From contig DASYJF010000145.1 of NCBI GenBank assembly GCA_035996815.1, positions 24,345-88,344 of the forward strand: a stretch of DNA of 64,000 nt. The letters run 5' to 3'. This DNA is from Thermoanaerobaculia bacterium. GTDB lineage: Bacteria > Acidobacteriota > Thermoanaerobaculia > Gp7-AA8. Shown here piece after piece: positions 31,755 through 45,243 of the stretch. A program made the position numbers and the translations under genes. The notes under the pieces were generated by a model. That model made no database searches. It worked only from the letters and a program-made list of their open reading frames with translations, and was not told where the DNA came from. How positions within the stretch are numbered: the first letter of the stretch is position 1; every line of letters begins with the position of its first letter.

Positions 31755-32630
31755 GTGACGATGGCTCAACGATTCGAAGGTAAGAATCTCGACGAAGCAC
31801 TGACGATGGCGTCCGAAGCGTTCGGCGTCGACCGCGTGCAACTGACCTATCACGTAGTCCTGGAGAAGAAGGGTTTTCTCGGCGGCTTCAAACGCGTGGT
31901 CGTGGAAGCCGAAGTAAATGAGCGGCCGATCGCGGCCGCGGTTCAGGAGGCAGCAGCGCCAGCTCCCGGCGCGGCGCGGCGTCCCGGTGGTGGCGGCGGA
32001 CGTGGTCGTGGCAATCGCGATCGCGATCGTGGACGAGGACGCGGCGGAGATGGCGGCAATCGTGGCCCGCGTTCCGGCGGCGGCAATCGCGCTCCTCGGC
32101 GCGAAACCGCCGACGACTTTCAGACCGGCGACTTCGAACGCTTCGCCGGCGACATCCCCGAGCAGGGCCCGGAGTCCGAGCAGGCCGGCGTCGTGCGCGC
32201 CTGGTATTCGCGCGTTGTCGAACTGGCGAAACTGCAGCTGGAAATCCGCACCGAAGAGAATGAGACGCAGGTCATCGTACGGCTGTTCGGTGGAGATGCG
32301 CGGCTGCTGACCGAGGAACACGGCGAGCTTCTCGACGCGCTGCAGGTCCTCGGCAACAAAGCGCTCGTGGGCAGCAAAGTCGAAAAAGAGATCGAGCTGA
32401 ATTGCGAGGCGTTCAAAGAGCGCCGCGCCGAGCAGCTCGCGGAGAAGGCGAAGGAACTCGCGGATCGCGTGCGCAGCAGCGGACGCGAACAACTGCTTCC
32501 GGCGATGACGCCGATCGAGCGCCGCATCGTCCATCTCGCGCTGCAGGAAGACGCCGACGTCACGACGGAGTCGCGCGGCGAGGGGTTCTACAAGCGGGTG
32601 GCGGTTGTGATGCGCGGCGCGGCGGAGTAG
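31755..32630 (+). CDS. jag: Jag/KhpB-type RNA-binding protein (Jag-N, KH, R3H) with an RG-rich linker
   Basis: Jag N-domain MAQRFEGKNLDEALTMASEAFGV, C-terminal R3H (…TESRGEGFYKRVAV), position after yidC. Confidence 0.75.
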   Translation: MTMAQRFEGKNLDEALTMASEAFGVDRVQLTYHVVLEKKGFLGGFKRVVVEAEVNERPIAAAVQEAAAPAPGAARRPGGGGGRGRGNRDRDRGRGRGGDGGNRGPRSGGGNRAPRRETADDFQTGDFERFAGDIPEQGPESEQAGVVRAWYSRVVELAKLQLEIRTEENETQVIVRLFGGDARLLTEEHGELLDALQVLGNKALVGSKVEKEIELNCEAFKERRAEQLAEKAKELADRVRSSGREQLLPAMTPIERRIVHLALQEDADVTTESRGEGFYKRVAVVMRGAAE

Positions 32631-32640
32631 TTTCCGCGGC

Positions 32641-33951
32641 GTGGCATCCGAACTCGACACCATCGTCGCTCCCGCAACGCCGCTCGGCAGGGGAGCGCTT
32701 GCGATCGTCCGCATCGATGGTCCGCGCAGCGCTGCGATTCTCGAGAAGCTCGGGAGTATTACGCCGGATGCGCGTCTCGCCACCCTGGCGCAGCTAAGTC
32801 TGGACGGCGAGCCGCTCGATGAGTGCATCGCCATCCGTTACGCCGCGCCGCATTCGTTCACCGGCAACGATCTCGTCGAGTTGACGCTGCACGGAAGTCC
32901 GTTGCTCGTCGAGCGCATCATCGCCGCGATCATCGAATGCGGCGCGCGTCTCGCGGAACCGGGTGAATTCACTGAACGCGCCGTGCTGAACGGCAAGCTC
33001 GATCTCGTGCAAGCGGAGTCGATCGCCGATCTCATCAACTCCCGTACCGCGCTTCAAGCGAAGCTCTCCCTCGGCAATCTGCACGGCGTGTTGAGCCGGC
33101 GTGCCGCGGCGGTGCGCGAGTCGCTGCTGCACGTGATCTCGCGACTCGAGGCCGCGCTCGATTTTTCGGAGGAGGGATACGAGTTCATCACCCGCGACGA
33201 TGCGCGCGCCGAGATTGAACGCGCGATGGCCGAGACCGAGGCGTTGGCGGAAACGTATCGCCGCGGACGGGCCACGACATCCGGCCTGACGGCCGTTATC
33301 CTCGGCCGGCCGAACGCCGGCAAGTCGACGCTGCTGAATCGCCTGGTTGGCAGTGACCGCGCCATCGTCACGCCGATTCCGGGGACGACGCGCGACATCG
33401 TCCGCGAAACGATCGAAATCGGCGGTCTGCCGGTGACGATCGCCGATACCGCCGGACTCCGGACGAGCGGCGATGTCGTCGAGGAGATCGGTGTCGCGCG
33501 CGCCCGCGAAGCGGCTGCGAGCGCGGACATCATTCTTTATCTGGTCGATGCGAGCGTGGGCTTGAGGCTGGAGGACGAGCTGGCGGCGTTTCCGGATGCA
33601 ATGGTTATTTACACAAAGACTGACCTCGCTGCGGCGCCGCAAGGCGCTCTCGGCATTAGTGTTACGGCCGAGCGCGGTATAGAAGCGTTGCTGGGCCGAC
33701 TCGATTCGATCGTCCGCGATGAGTTTGCTGCTCCGGAAGGCAGCCTCGTCAATGAGCGGCAGCGGCAAGCCGTGCTCGGTTGCAAAGAAGCGCTTTCGAC
33801 TGCTTTGGCGTCCCTTCATGCTCAGCTCGACGAACCGGTCATCCTCGTCGACCTCTACCGCGCCGCAACGTCGCTCGGACTCCTCACCGGCGCAATCACC
33901 CAAGAGCACGTCTTCACGGAGATCTTCTCGAAGTTCTGCATCGGGAAGTGA
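32641..33951 (+). CDS. mnmE: tRNA modification GTPase MnmE
   Basis: IVAPATPLGRGALAIVRI, G-domain GRPNAGKSTLLN, C-terminal …CIGK. Confidence 0.9.
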   Translation: MASELDTIVAPATPLGRGALAIVRIDGPRSAAILEKLGSITPDARLATLAQLSLDGEPLDECIAIRYAAPHSFTGNDLVELTLHGSPLLVERIIAAIIECGARLAEPGEFTERAVLNGKLDLVQAESIADLINSRTALQAKLSLGNLHGVLSRRAAAVRESLLHVISRLEAALDFSEEGYEFITRDDARAEIERAMAETEALAETYRRGRATTSGLTAVILGRPNAGKSTLLNRLVGSDRAIVTPIPGTTRDIVRETIEIGGLPVTIADTAGLRTSGDVVEEIGVARAREAAASADIILYLVDASVGLRLEDELAAFPDAMVIYTKTDLAAAPQGALGISVTAERGIEALLGRLDSIVRDEFAAPEGSLVNERQRQAVLGCKEALSTALASLHAQLDEPVILVDLYRAATSLGLLTGAITQEHVFTEIFSKFCIGK

Positions 33952-33981
33952 GCGCGCGCGGGCGACTGTTCCACGTGAAAC

Positions 33982-35883
33982 ATGTTCGACGTGATTGTGA
34001 TTGGCGGAGGGCACGCCGGCGCTGAGGCTGCCCGCGTTTGCGCCCGCGGCGGCGCCCGTGTCGCGCTGCTGACGATGCTGCGCGACGCCATCGGCCGCAT
34101 GTCGTGCAACCCTGCCATCGGCGGCCTCGCCAAGGGCAACCTCGTCAAAGAGATCGACGCCCTCGGCGGTTTGATGGGGGAGGCAACCGACCGCGCAGGC
34201 ATCCAGTTCAAGGTGCTGAATCGATCGAAGGGTCCTGCCGTGCAGGGTCCGCGCGCGCAATGCGATCGCGATCTCTACGCCGACGCCGTCCAACAGATTT
34301 TGATCGATGAGCCGAACATCACCATCATCGAAGGATCCGCGACATCGCTCGTGCACGACGGCAAGTCCGTCAGCGGCGTGATGCTCAAAGACGGAACCCG
34401 CCTCGACGCGCGCGCCGTCATCGTCACCACCGGAACGTTCCTTCGCGCATTGATGCACTCCGGCGAAGTGAAAACCGTTGGCGGCCGCTTCGGCGAACCG
34501 GCGGCGGAGACGCTCTCCGACTCGCTACGCACCCTAGGCCTGAAACTCGGTCGCCTCAAGACCGGAACGCCACCTCGCGTCGACCGCACCACCGTCGATT
34601 TCTCAAAGCTCGAAGAAGCGCCAGGCGACGCCAAGCCGCGTCCGTTCTCCATCCTCACCGATGCACTGCCGCTTCCGCAGGTGCTCTGTCATCTGACCTA
34701 CACGAGCGAAATCGCGCACGAGTTGATCCGAGCCAACCTCCATCGCGCGCCGATATACTCGGGCCAGATTCACGCCACCGGTCCGCGCTACTGCCCGTCC
34801 ATCGAAGACAAGGTGGTGCGCTTCGCGGAGAAGGAGCGCCATCAGGTCTTCGTCGAGCCGGAGGGCCTGACGCATCCCTGGCTCTACATGAACGGCATCT
34901 CGACGTCGTTGCCGCCGGATGTCCAGGACGCCGTCGTCCGTTCTCTGCCCGGTTTCGAAAAAGCCGTCATCGCGCGCTACGGATATGCGGTCGAATACGA
35001 CTTCGTGAACCCCGAGCAGCTCGATCCGACGCTCCAGGTTCGCGGAGTTGACGGCCTTTTCCTCGCGGGCCAGATCAACGGCACCTCGGGATACGAAGAG
35101 GCGGCCGCGCAGGGACTCCTGGCCGGAATCAACGCGCTGCAGAAGATCCGCGGCGGCGATCCGGTCATCCTGCGTCGCGACCAGGCCTACGCCGCGGTGA
35201 TGATCGACGACCTCGTCACGCAAGGTACCGAGGAGCCGTATCGAATGTTCACCTCTCGCGCCGAGCACCGCCTGCTCCTCGGCTGCGACTCCGTTTACGA
35301 GCGGCTGTCGCCGGTCGCGGAGCGGCTGGGGATTCTCGACGATGAGCGCAAACGACGCGTCGAGCAGCGCATCGCACGCATGCAGCGGGCAAGAGCAGCG
35401 GCGGAAACCACCGTGACGCCGGACCGCGAAACGCTGGCGTGGCTGTCGGCTGCGAGCATCACATTAAATGAGAAGTCGTCGATCGCCCGGCTCATGCAGC
35501 GCGCCGATTTCGACCTCGCCGGCTTCACCGACGCGTGCGCGAACGTGCTCCCGGAGGTTGCGGAGTCGTTTCGCGTGCTCACGGAGGAAGAGTCGGATGG
35601 CGTCGTCAGTCAGCTTCGCTACGCCGGCTATATCGACCGGCAGCAGCGCGAAGCGGCGCGGCAGGCGGACGAGGAAGGCGTGCAAATCCCGGCCGACATG
35701 TCGTACGGCTTGCCGGGACTGTCGCGGGAAATGGTCGAGAAACTGAGCTTCGTCCGGCCGGTTTCACTCGGACAAGCCAGCCGCATCCCCGGCGTCACGC
35801 CCGCGGCGATCTCGATTGTGCGGATGCACCTGCGGCGCGGCGGTCGTGAAGAGTCCCGCACCTGTCATCCTGAGAGGGTGTGA
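33982..35883 (+). CDS. mnmG: tRNA uridine 5-carboxymethylaminomethyl modification enzyme MnmG (GidA)
   Basis: FDVIVIGGGHAGAEAA FAD fold, …GPRYCPSIEDK…. Confidence 0.95.
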   Translation: MFDVIVIGGGHAGAEAARVCARGGARVALLTMLRDAIGRMSCNPAIGGLAKGNLVKEIDALGGLMGEATDRAGIQFKVLNRSKGPAVQGPRAQCDRDLYADAVQQILIDEPNITIIEGSATSLVHDGKSVSGVMLKDGTRLDARAVIVTTGTFLRALMHSGEVKTVGGRFGEPAAETLSDSLRTLGLKLGRLKTGTPPRVDRTTVDFSKLEEAPGDAKPRPFSILTDALPLPQVLCHLTYTSEIAHELIRANLHRAPIYSGQIHATGPRYCPSIEDKVVRFAEKERHQVFVEPEGLTHPWLYMNGISTSLPPDVQDAVVRSLPGFEKAVIARYGYAVEYDFVNPEQLDPTLQVRGVDGLFLAGQINGTSGYEEAAAQGLLAGINALQKIRGGDPVILRRDQAYAAVMIDDLVTQGTEEPYRMFTSRAEHRLLLGCDSVYERLSPVAERLGILDDERKRRVEQRIARMQRARAAAETTVTPDRETLAWLSAASITLNEKSSIARLMQRADFDLAGFTDACANVLPEVAESFRVLTEEESDGVVSQLRYAGYIDRQQREAARQADEEGVQIPADMSYGLPGLSREMVEKLSFVRPVSLGQASRIPGVTPAAISIVRMHLRRGGREESRTCHPERV

Positions 35884-35912
35884 AGAAATGTGGCCCAATT
35901 TCGTGCGAAGCA

Positions 35913-36058
35913 CTTTGGAGTGCGGTGGCGATCGAGCCACCGCTTTGGGAGGGCGGTGGAACTGTGACAACTCGCAGTGTGTGATGCTTGCTCGATCGTC
36001 GCGATGGTTACCGTCATCCTCCCTCCCAAAGCGGTGGCTCGATCGCCACACTCCAAAG
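35913..36058. repeat. ~145-bp palindromic element (41-bp arms, ~64-bp spacer) in the mnmG–rsmG spacer
   Basis: ctttggagtgcggtggcgatcgagccaccgctttgggaggg … ccctcccaaagcggtggctcgatcgccacactccaaag. Each arm also contains the self-complementary gtggcgatcgagccac. Confidence 0.6.
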
Positions 36059-36174
36059 CTTCGCGAAATATGCCGTGAGTCGTGTAAGCACGAAGCCGTC
36101 CTACCTTTCTTCACAAGCTCGGAGCCGCCGGAACGGCGCAGGCGAAATGACAGTGGTCCCGCGGTGCAGAAGCC

Positions 36175-36741
36175 GTGAGTCGCGACTGTCGGCTGGAGAC
36201 GTACAAGCGCGAGCTTCTGCGTTGGAACGAGCGGATCAACCTCATCGGTCCGGAGGCAAAGGAAAATATCGACGCCCACATCGACGAAGCGGTCATTGCG
36301 GCGAACATCCTGAAGCCGTCCGGCAACGTGCTCGACTTCGGCAGCGGGGGAGGATTGCCGGCCATTCCGATGGCAATCGTCTCGCCCGACGCGCGGTTTC
36401 ACCTCGTCGAAGCCGACAAGAAAAAGTGGGCGTTCCTGAAACACATCGTGCGGGCGTGCGAATTGAACGCTGTGATTTACGGTGATAGATTGGCGCGCGC
36501 CGTGACGCGGTTCCCGCCTGAGCTTCGATTTTCCCTGGTTACTTCGCGCGCAGTCGGAAATCCCGAGGAATGGGTGCCGTCGCTGGTGCCATGGATGGAG
36601 CGGGGCGGGCGCGTAGCACTCTTTCAAAGCAATCCGGACGTTCCTGGGATCAACGGTTTCGCGAAAAGCGAAGTCTTTCCGCTTCCCCGGGGAACCTCGA
36701 ATTTCCTCGTCACGCTCACGTTCCACGTGGAACAACACTAG
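36175..36741 (+). CDS. rsmG: 16S rRNA (guanine527-N7)-methyltransferase RsmG (GidB)
   Basis: SAM-binding LDFGSGGGLPAIP and gid-operon context. Confidence 0.85.
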   Translation: MSRDCRLETYKRELLRWNERINLIGPEAKENIDAHIDEAVIAANILKPSGNVLDFGSGGGLPAIPMAIVSPDARFHLVEADKKKWAFLKHIVRACELNAVIYGDRLARAVTRFPPELRFSLVTSRAVGNPEEWVPSLVPWMERGGRVALFQSNPDVPGINGFAKSEVFPLPRGTSNFLVTLTFHVEQH

Positions 36742-37509
36742 ATGTCGAAAATCATCGCACTCGCGAATCAGAAGGGCGGGGTCGGCAAGACCACCACCGC
36801 CATCAACCTCGGCGCTTCTCTCGCCGCGTGCGAGCGGCGCGTGCTGCTGGTTGACCTCGATCCGCAGGCGAACGCGACTTCGGGCATTGGCGTGACCGAG
36901 GCGGATCCGTCAATGTACGACGTGCTCATCGAGAACATGCCGATCAGCGAGATCATCCGGCCGACGGAAATCCCGACGCTGTTTCTCGCGCCGTCGTCGG
37001 TTGACCTGGTCGGCGCCGAGGTCGAGCTGCGCGATGCAATCGGACGCGAGTACTACCTCAAGCGCGTGCTCGAACCGATCGCCGCCGACTACGACTACAT
37101 CCTCATCGACTCGCCGCCATCGCTCGGATTGCTCACGGTCAATGGCCTCACCGCGGCGAACTCCGTGCTCGTCCCGCTGCAGGCCGAGTACTTCGCACTC
37201 GAGGGCGTCTCGCAGCTGCTTGCGACGATCGATCGCGTCAAAAGCGCTGTGAATCCCTCGCTCGACGTCGAAGGCATCGTGCTGACGATGTACGACGAGC
37301 GGATCAATCTGGCGCGGCAGGTCGCGGAAGAAGTCCGCAACCACTTCGGCGAGAAGGTCTACAAGACCGTCATTCCGCGGAACGTCCGGCTCAGCGAAGC
37401 GCCGTCGTTCGGCAAACCGATTATTCTTTACGACATCCGCTCGCGCGGCAGCGAAGCGTACGTCAGTCTGGCCAGGGAGTTCATTCAGCGCGCGGAGAAC
37501 GTGATCTGA
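36742..37509 (+). CDS. parA: Chromosome partitioning ATPase ParA/Soj
   Basis: Deviant Walker A KGGVGKTTT. Confidence 0.9.
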   Translation: MSKIIALANQKGGVGKTTTAINLGASLAACERRVLLVDLDPQANATSGIGVTEADPSMYDVLIENMPISEIIRPTEIPTLFLAPSSVDLVGAEVELRDAIGREYYLKRVLEPIAADYDYILIDSPPSLGLLTVNGLTAANSVLVPLQAEYFALEGVSQLLATIDRVKSAVNPSLDVEGIVLTMYDERINLARQVAEEVRNHFGEKVYKTVIPRNVRLSEAPSFGKPIILYDIRSRGSEAYVSLAREFIQRAENVI

Positions 37510-38375
37510 TGATCCACAAGAAAGTGCTCGGCCGCGGTCTCGGCGCTCTCATCCCGCAACGGCAGGAGGCGCCGGTCGAGTCGCACGCGACGCAGGGGCT
37601 GGCCGAGATTCCGATCTCGCAGATTCAGCCGAATCCCTTCCAGCCGCGCAAGACGTTCAACGAAGCGTCGATCGACGAGCTGGCGCGCAGCGTCCGCGAG
37701 CACGGCATCGTGCAGCCGCTCGTCGTCACGCGCGCCGGCGACAAGTACAAGCTCATCGCCGGCGAGCGCCGCTTCCGCGCCGCGCAGAAGGCCGGCCTGA
37801 CCACGGTCCCCGTCCTCATCAAAGAGATGATGGCCGAGGGCGACGCGCTGCAGATCGCGCTCATCGAAAACATCCAGCGCGAAGACCTGAACCCGATCGA
37901 AGAGGCGATGGCGTATCACCAGCTCCACGACGATTTTCAATTGACGCAGGAGGAGATCTCACGCCGCGTCGGCAAGGAGCGCTCGACCGTCGCCAACTTC
38001 CTGCGGCTTCTCAAGCTGCCCGATCCGGTCAAGAAGCTGCTCGCGTCCGGACAGCTCTCGATGGGTCATGCACGCGCATTGCTCGCGATTGAGTCGCCGA
38101 AGAAGCAGGAGCAGCTCGCCGAACGCGTTGTCCGCAAGAACCTCAACGTCCGGCAGACGGAGATGCTCGCTTCGGAAAGCTCGCCGAAGACGGCGGAAAA
38201 GAAAGAGAAAGAGAAGGACGTCTTCACGCGCGACGCGGAAGACAAGCTTCAAAGGACTTTACGAACGAAAGTTGAAATCGACCGCAGACGCCGAGGGGGT
38301 GTGATTCACATCCGCTACGGCAGCGAAGACGAACTGATTCGCGTCGTCGATGAGCTCATGGGACGGCGACGGTAA
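37509..38375 (+). CDS. parB: Chromosome partitioning protein ParB/Spo0J
   Basis: ParB box GERRFRAA and an HTH. Confidence 0.9.
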   Translation: MIHKKVLGRGLGALIPQRQEAPVESHATQGLAEIPISQIQPNPFQPRKTFNEASIDELARSVREHGIVQPLVVTRAGDKYKLIAGERRFRAAQKAGLTTVPVLIKEMMAEGDALQIALIENIQREDLNPIEEAMAYHQLHDDFQLTQEEISRRVGKERSTVANFLRLLKLPDPVKKLLASGQLSMGHARALLAIESPKKQEQLAERVVRKNLNVRQTEMLASESSPKTAEKKEKEKDVFTRDAEDKLQRTLRTKVEIDRRRRGGVIHIRYGSEDELIRVVDELMGRRR

Positions 38376-38376
38376 T

Positions 38377-38760
38377 ATGGGAGCAGAGATGAAGAACAAG
38401 AGTGGTGAACTGAACGGCTTTCTCGATCGCGGCTCGTCGTTTCGCGGCGAGCTGGAATTCGAAGACACGATGCGCATCGACGGCCGTTTCAACGGCAAGA
38501 TCATGACGAAGAATGAGCTGATCGTCGGCGAGAGCGCGCAGATCGAGGGCGAGATCCACGCCGGCCGCATCGCCATCAGCGGCACGGTCGTCGGCAAGAT
38601 CATCGCGGCGCAGCGCGTCGAGATCCATCGCAACGGCAAGGTCTACAGCGACATCGACACGCCCGCGCTGATCATCGAGGAAGGCGCGATCTTCCAGGGC
38701 AACTGCGTGATGGGCGACAAGAAGCCGGCGCTGGTGACGAACATCGCTGCAAAGGCGTGA
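38377..38760 (+). CDS. Bactofilin
   Basis: Beta-helical repeat core (…IDGRFNGKI…GESAQIEGEIHAGRIAISGTVVGKI…VEIHRNGKVYSDI…). Start chosen to avoid overlap with parB. Confidence 0.7.
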   Translation: MGAEMKNKSGELNGFLDRGSSFRGELEFEDTMRIDGRFNGKIMTKNELIVGESAQIEGEIHAGRIAISGTVVGKIIAAQRVEIHRNGKVYSDIDTPALIIEEGAIFQGNCVMGDKKPALVTNIAAKA

Positions 38761-38799
38761 CGCTGCGGTGCGAGCATCGACTGCAGCAATATGACAAAC

Positions 38800-38967
38800 G
38801 ATTGCAGAGCTGCGATCGGTGATTACGGAGCTGCGATCGGCGATTACAGAGTTTCGATCGACGATTACAGAGTTGCGATCAACGATTACAGAGCTGTGAT
38901 CGATGATTACAGCGATGTCCAGATTTGTCGCAGAGCTGTAATGGCTGATTACAGCTACGTCTGGATG
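38800..38967. repeat. 21-bp-period tandem array A (5 good + 3 degenerate units; consensus gattacagagctgcgatcggc)
   Basis: Read directly. The array is contiguous with no unique spacers, so it is not a CRISPR. Confidence 0.8.
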
Positions 38968-39015
38968 TTGAACACCAGTTCTAAATCAGGACACATTAGG
39001 ACACGATTCTGACAG

Positions 39016-39597
39016 CTACCACCCTCGCATCCTCGCGGTCAGCACGATCGCCTCAGGGATCGTGTACACATCCTCGGCGCCGAGCGCGTCTTCCCATTGC
39101 AGGTCCCAGGCGGCGGCTTCGCGATCGCCTTGCGGCGCGTCCGTGAAATTCAACTCGCAGACATCGCCGATGTACTCGTCCGCATTGCGCAGCGGCAAAC
39201 CGAACGTGCGGCAGACCAGAGGACGGTTGTCGTACATCAGGCACTCGCCGCGCTCGTTCAGATTCGGACAAGGCGTCGACGCGGTGCGCTCGAAGAACGC
39301 GTCCTTCTCCTCGGGTGCACAATCGCGAAGATCAGGATGATTGGACGCCGCGATGATCTCCTGCGACCGTCGAATGACCATCTTCCGCCGCGACGGATGC
39401 AGTTTCTCCAGACCCTCAGCAATCAGTGGAACGTCGCCGGAGCCGATCTCGAACAGGCCGTAGCAACAGAGCGAACATCCGCGTCCGCACTGCAGGTTCT
39501 GCGGCTGCGACTCGACGACAGACCGGAAGAAATCGTCGGCGCGATCGAGGATGCGCGTGTACGTTTCGTCCGGCGATTTCGTGGACACGCGACGCAC
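39016..39597 (-). CDS. YkgJ-family Zn/Fe-S cluster-like protein (CxxCxxCC), divergent from the atp operon
   Basis: …CGRGCSLCCYGLF… and …CRTFGLPLR… motifs. The upstream 183 codons of the track ORF are antisense to atpF' and were trimmed. Confidence 0.5.
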   Translation of the reverse strand: MRRVSTKSPDETYTRILDRADDFFRSVVESQPQNLQCGRGCSLCCYGLFEIGSGDVPLIAEGLEKLHPSRRKMVIRRSQEIIAASNHPDLRDCAPEEKDAFFERTASTPCPNLNERGECLMYDNRPLVCRTFGLPLRNADEYIGDVCELNFTDAPQGDREAAAWDLQWEDALGAEDVYTIPEAIVLTARMRGW

Positions 39598-39699
39598 AAC
39601 CGGTGAGGTGACAACCTTCTTTCCCTTGTGGTATACAACCGCCGCCTCGGGGTTGGGCGCGGCTCTCACGTGCCCGTTTTTCCGGCTCCAAACATTTCT

Positions 39700-40134
39700 A
39701 TGCAAATCAATTTGACGCCCGATTACTCTCTGCTCGCGATCATGGTGATTTTCATCCTGAACTACCTGATCGTGCGCAAGTTCTTCCTGCAGCCGATCAA
39801 TCAAGTGATCGAGGCGCGGGAAACTGAGGTGCGCTCGGCGAACGACATCTACGAACAGTCGATGCTGCGCTTTCAGGAAGCGACGACGCAGATGGAGGAG
39901 AAGCTCCACGCTGCCCGTCACGCCGCCGCCGATGTGCGCGACCGCTTTCGACGCGAGGCTGCCGCGTACCGCACCACGGTCGTCACCAAAACCCATGACG
40001 ACGCCAACGCCATCGTCGGCGAAGCGGACCAGAAACTGAGCGCCGACGTCGCCACAGCGCGCGCGAAGATCGTCACCGAGTCGGAGTCGCTGGCGCGCCT
40101 GGCCGCCGAGCGCATCCTCGGGAGGCCGGTCTGA
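39700..40134 (+). CDS. F-type ATP synthase subunit b'
   Basis: Single N-terminal TM (LLAIMVIFILNYLIV) plus a long charged helix. First gene of the atp cluster. Confidence 0.6.
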   Translation: MQINLTPDYSLLAIMVIFILNYLIVRKFFLQPINQVIEARETEVRSANDIYEQSMLRFQEATTQMEEKLHAARHAAADVRDRFRREAAAYRTTVVTKTHDDANAIVGEADQKLSADVATARAKIVTESESLARLAAERILGRPV

Positions 40135-40787
40135 TGCGCCGCGCAATCTTCATTCTTCTATTGCTCGTTCCCGCGATTCTTTTCGCGCAGACGAACCACG
40201 CGAACGATGCGAACAACGTCGCGCATGGAGCAGAAAAGGCTGCGCACGAAGTGGCCCATCCGAACGAAGCTCACGGCGGCGAGCACGAGGCGCCGAAGAC
40301 CTACTTCGGCATCCCCGGCTGGATTCTGAAGCTCGCCAACATGCTCCTCTTCCTCGGCGTGCTCGGATGGTTCCTCGGAGGTCCGATCAAGAAAGCGCTC
40401 ATCGACCGCCGCGTGCAGATTCAGGCCGATGCCGAAGAGGCCAAAGCCCGTCGCGCCAAAGCCGACCAGCTTGCGACCGACATCCAGGCGCGGCTCACGC
40501 AGATCGAGAACGACGTTCGCGGCATTCAGGAGCGCGCGCAAGCCGAGGGCGAAAAGCAGAAGAGAGAGTTGATCGCGGCCGCGGAAGCCGAGGCGCAGAA
40601 GATCCTGCAGTCAGCGCGGAACGAGGTCGACAACCGTTTGAAGCGCGCGCGGCACGAGCTGACCGAATACGCCGGCGAACTGGCCACGCAGCGCGCGGAA
40701 CAGATCCTTCGCGAGAAAGTCACGGATAACGATCGCGAACGCCTCTTCGATGAAAGCGTTCGCGAAGTGGCGGAGGCGCGCTCATGA
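40134..40787 (+). CDS. atpF: F-type ATP synthase subunit b (with an unusual His-rich N-terminal extension)
   Basis: TM helix + coiled coil. Stop overlaps the atpH start. Confidence 0.7.
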   Translation: MRRAIFILLLLVPAILFAQTNHANDANNVAHGAEKAAHEVAHPNEAHGGEHEAPKTYFGIPGWILKLANMLLFLGVLGWFLGGPIKKALIDRRVQIQADAEEAKARRAKADQLATDIQARLTQIENDVRGIQERAQAEGEKQKRELIAAAEAEAQKILQSARNEVDNRLKRARHELTEYAGELATQRAEQILREKVTDNDRERLFDESVREVAEARS

Positions 40788-41317
40788 TCCGCCGTTTCGC
40801 AAGGCCGTACGCCCGCGCCATCATGGACGTCGCCGGCTCGCCGGAAAAAGCGGCGACGCTTCGCGACGAGCTGACACAGTTCGAACAGGTCCGCAAATCG
40901 TCGACCGACTTGCAGTTGATGTACGCGAACCCCGGCATCGAACACGGGTCGAAGACCAAGGTCACTGCCGCGATTGCCAAGCGCCTCGGTCTTTCGGACT
41001 TCGCCGTCCGTCTGCTCGACGTGCTCATTCAGAACCGCCGTATCAACGACCTGAGCGACATCGTGGCCGGACTGGCGACGATGATCCGTGACGCCACCGG
41101 CGTCGTCGCCGCCGACGTCCGTTCGGCCAGCAAGCTGTCATCGAAAGAAGAGGGCGAGCTGCGGGCCATGCTGGAGAAAAAGGTCGGAGCGAAGATCGAC
41201 CTCGACGTCACCGTCGATCCGACGCTCATCGGCGGCTTCGTCGCCAAAATCGGCAGCGAGGTCTTCGACGCCTCGGTGGCCGGCAAAATCGAGAAATTCC
41301 GCGAGTCATTAGCGTGA
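40784..41317 (+). CDS. atpH: F-type ATP synthase subunit delta
   Basis: OSCP-like 177 aa, position between b and alpha. Confidence 0.8.
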   Translation: MIRRFARPYARAIMDVAGSPEKAATLRDELTQFEQVRKSSTDLQLMYANPGIEHGSKTKVTAAIAKRLGLSDFAVRLLDVLIQNRRINDLSDIVAGLATMIRDATGVVAADVRSASKLSSKEEGELRAMLEKKVGAKIDLDVTVDPTLIGGFVAKIGSEVFDASVAGKIEKFRESLA

Positions 41318-41350
41318 AGCGTTTGTCATGATGCATTTCCGGGAGACTTT

Positions 41351-42889
<1,539 letters not shown>

Positions 42890-42895
42890 GCACAC

Positions 42896-45234
<2,339 letters not shown>

Positions 45235-45243
45235 GGAATCCGG

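Noticed and set aside
38800-38967. Tandem arrays (here and at 55683-56060) as possible CRISPR loci
   Set aside because: The repeat units are directly contiguous and degenerate, with no unique spacers and no cas genes nearby. The 21-bp period does not fit CRISPR repeat-spacer geometry.
38791-39012. ORFs translating the tandem arrays as heptapeptide-repeat proteins (38791-39012 + and 55685-56005 -)
   Set aside because: Unit lengths vary (20-22 bp), so the frame is not maintained across the array. The terminal units decay, and there is no RBS or start context.
39598-40146. N-terminal 183 codons of the minus ORF 39016..40146
   Set aside because: They are antisense to atpF' and the atp promoter region, and Arg-rich with no domain. 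The YkgJ-like gene starts internally.
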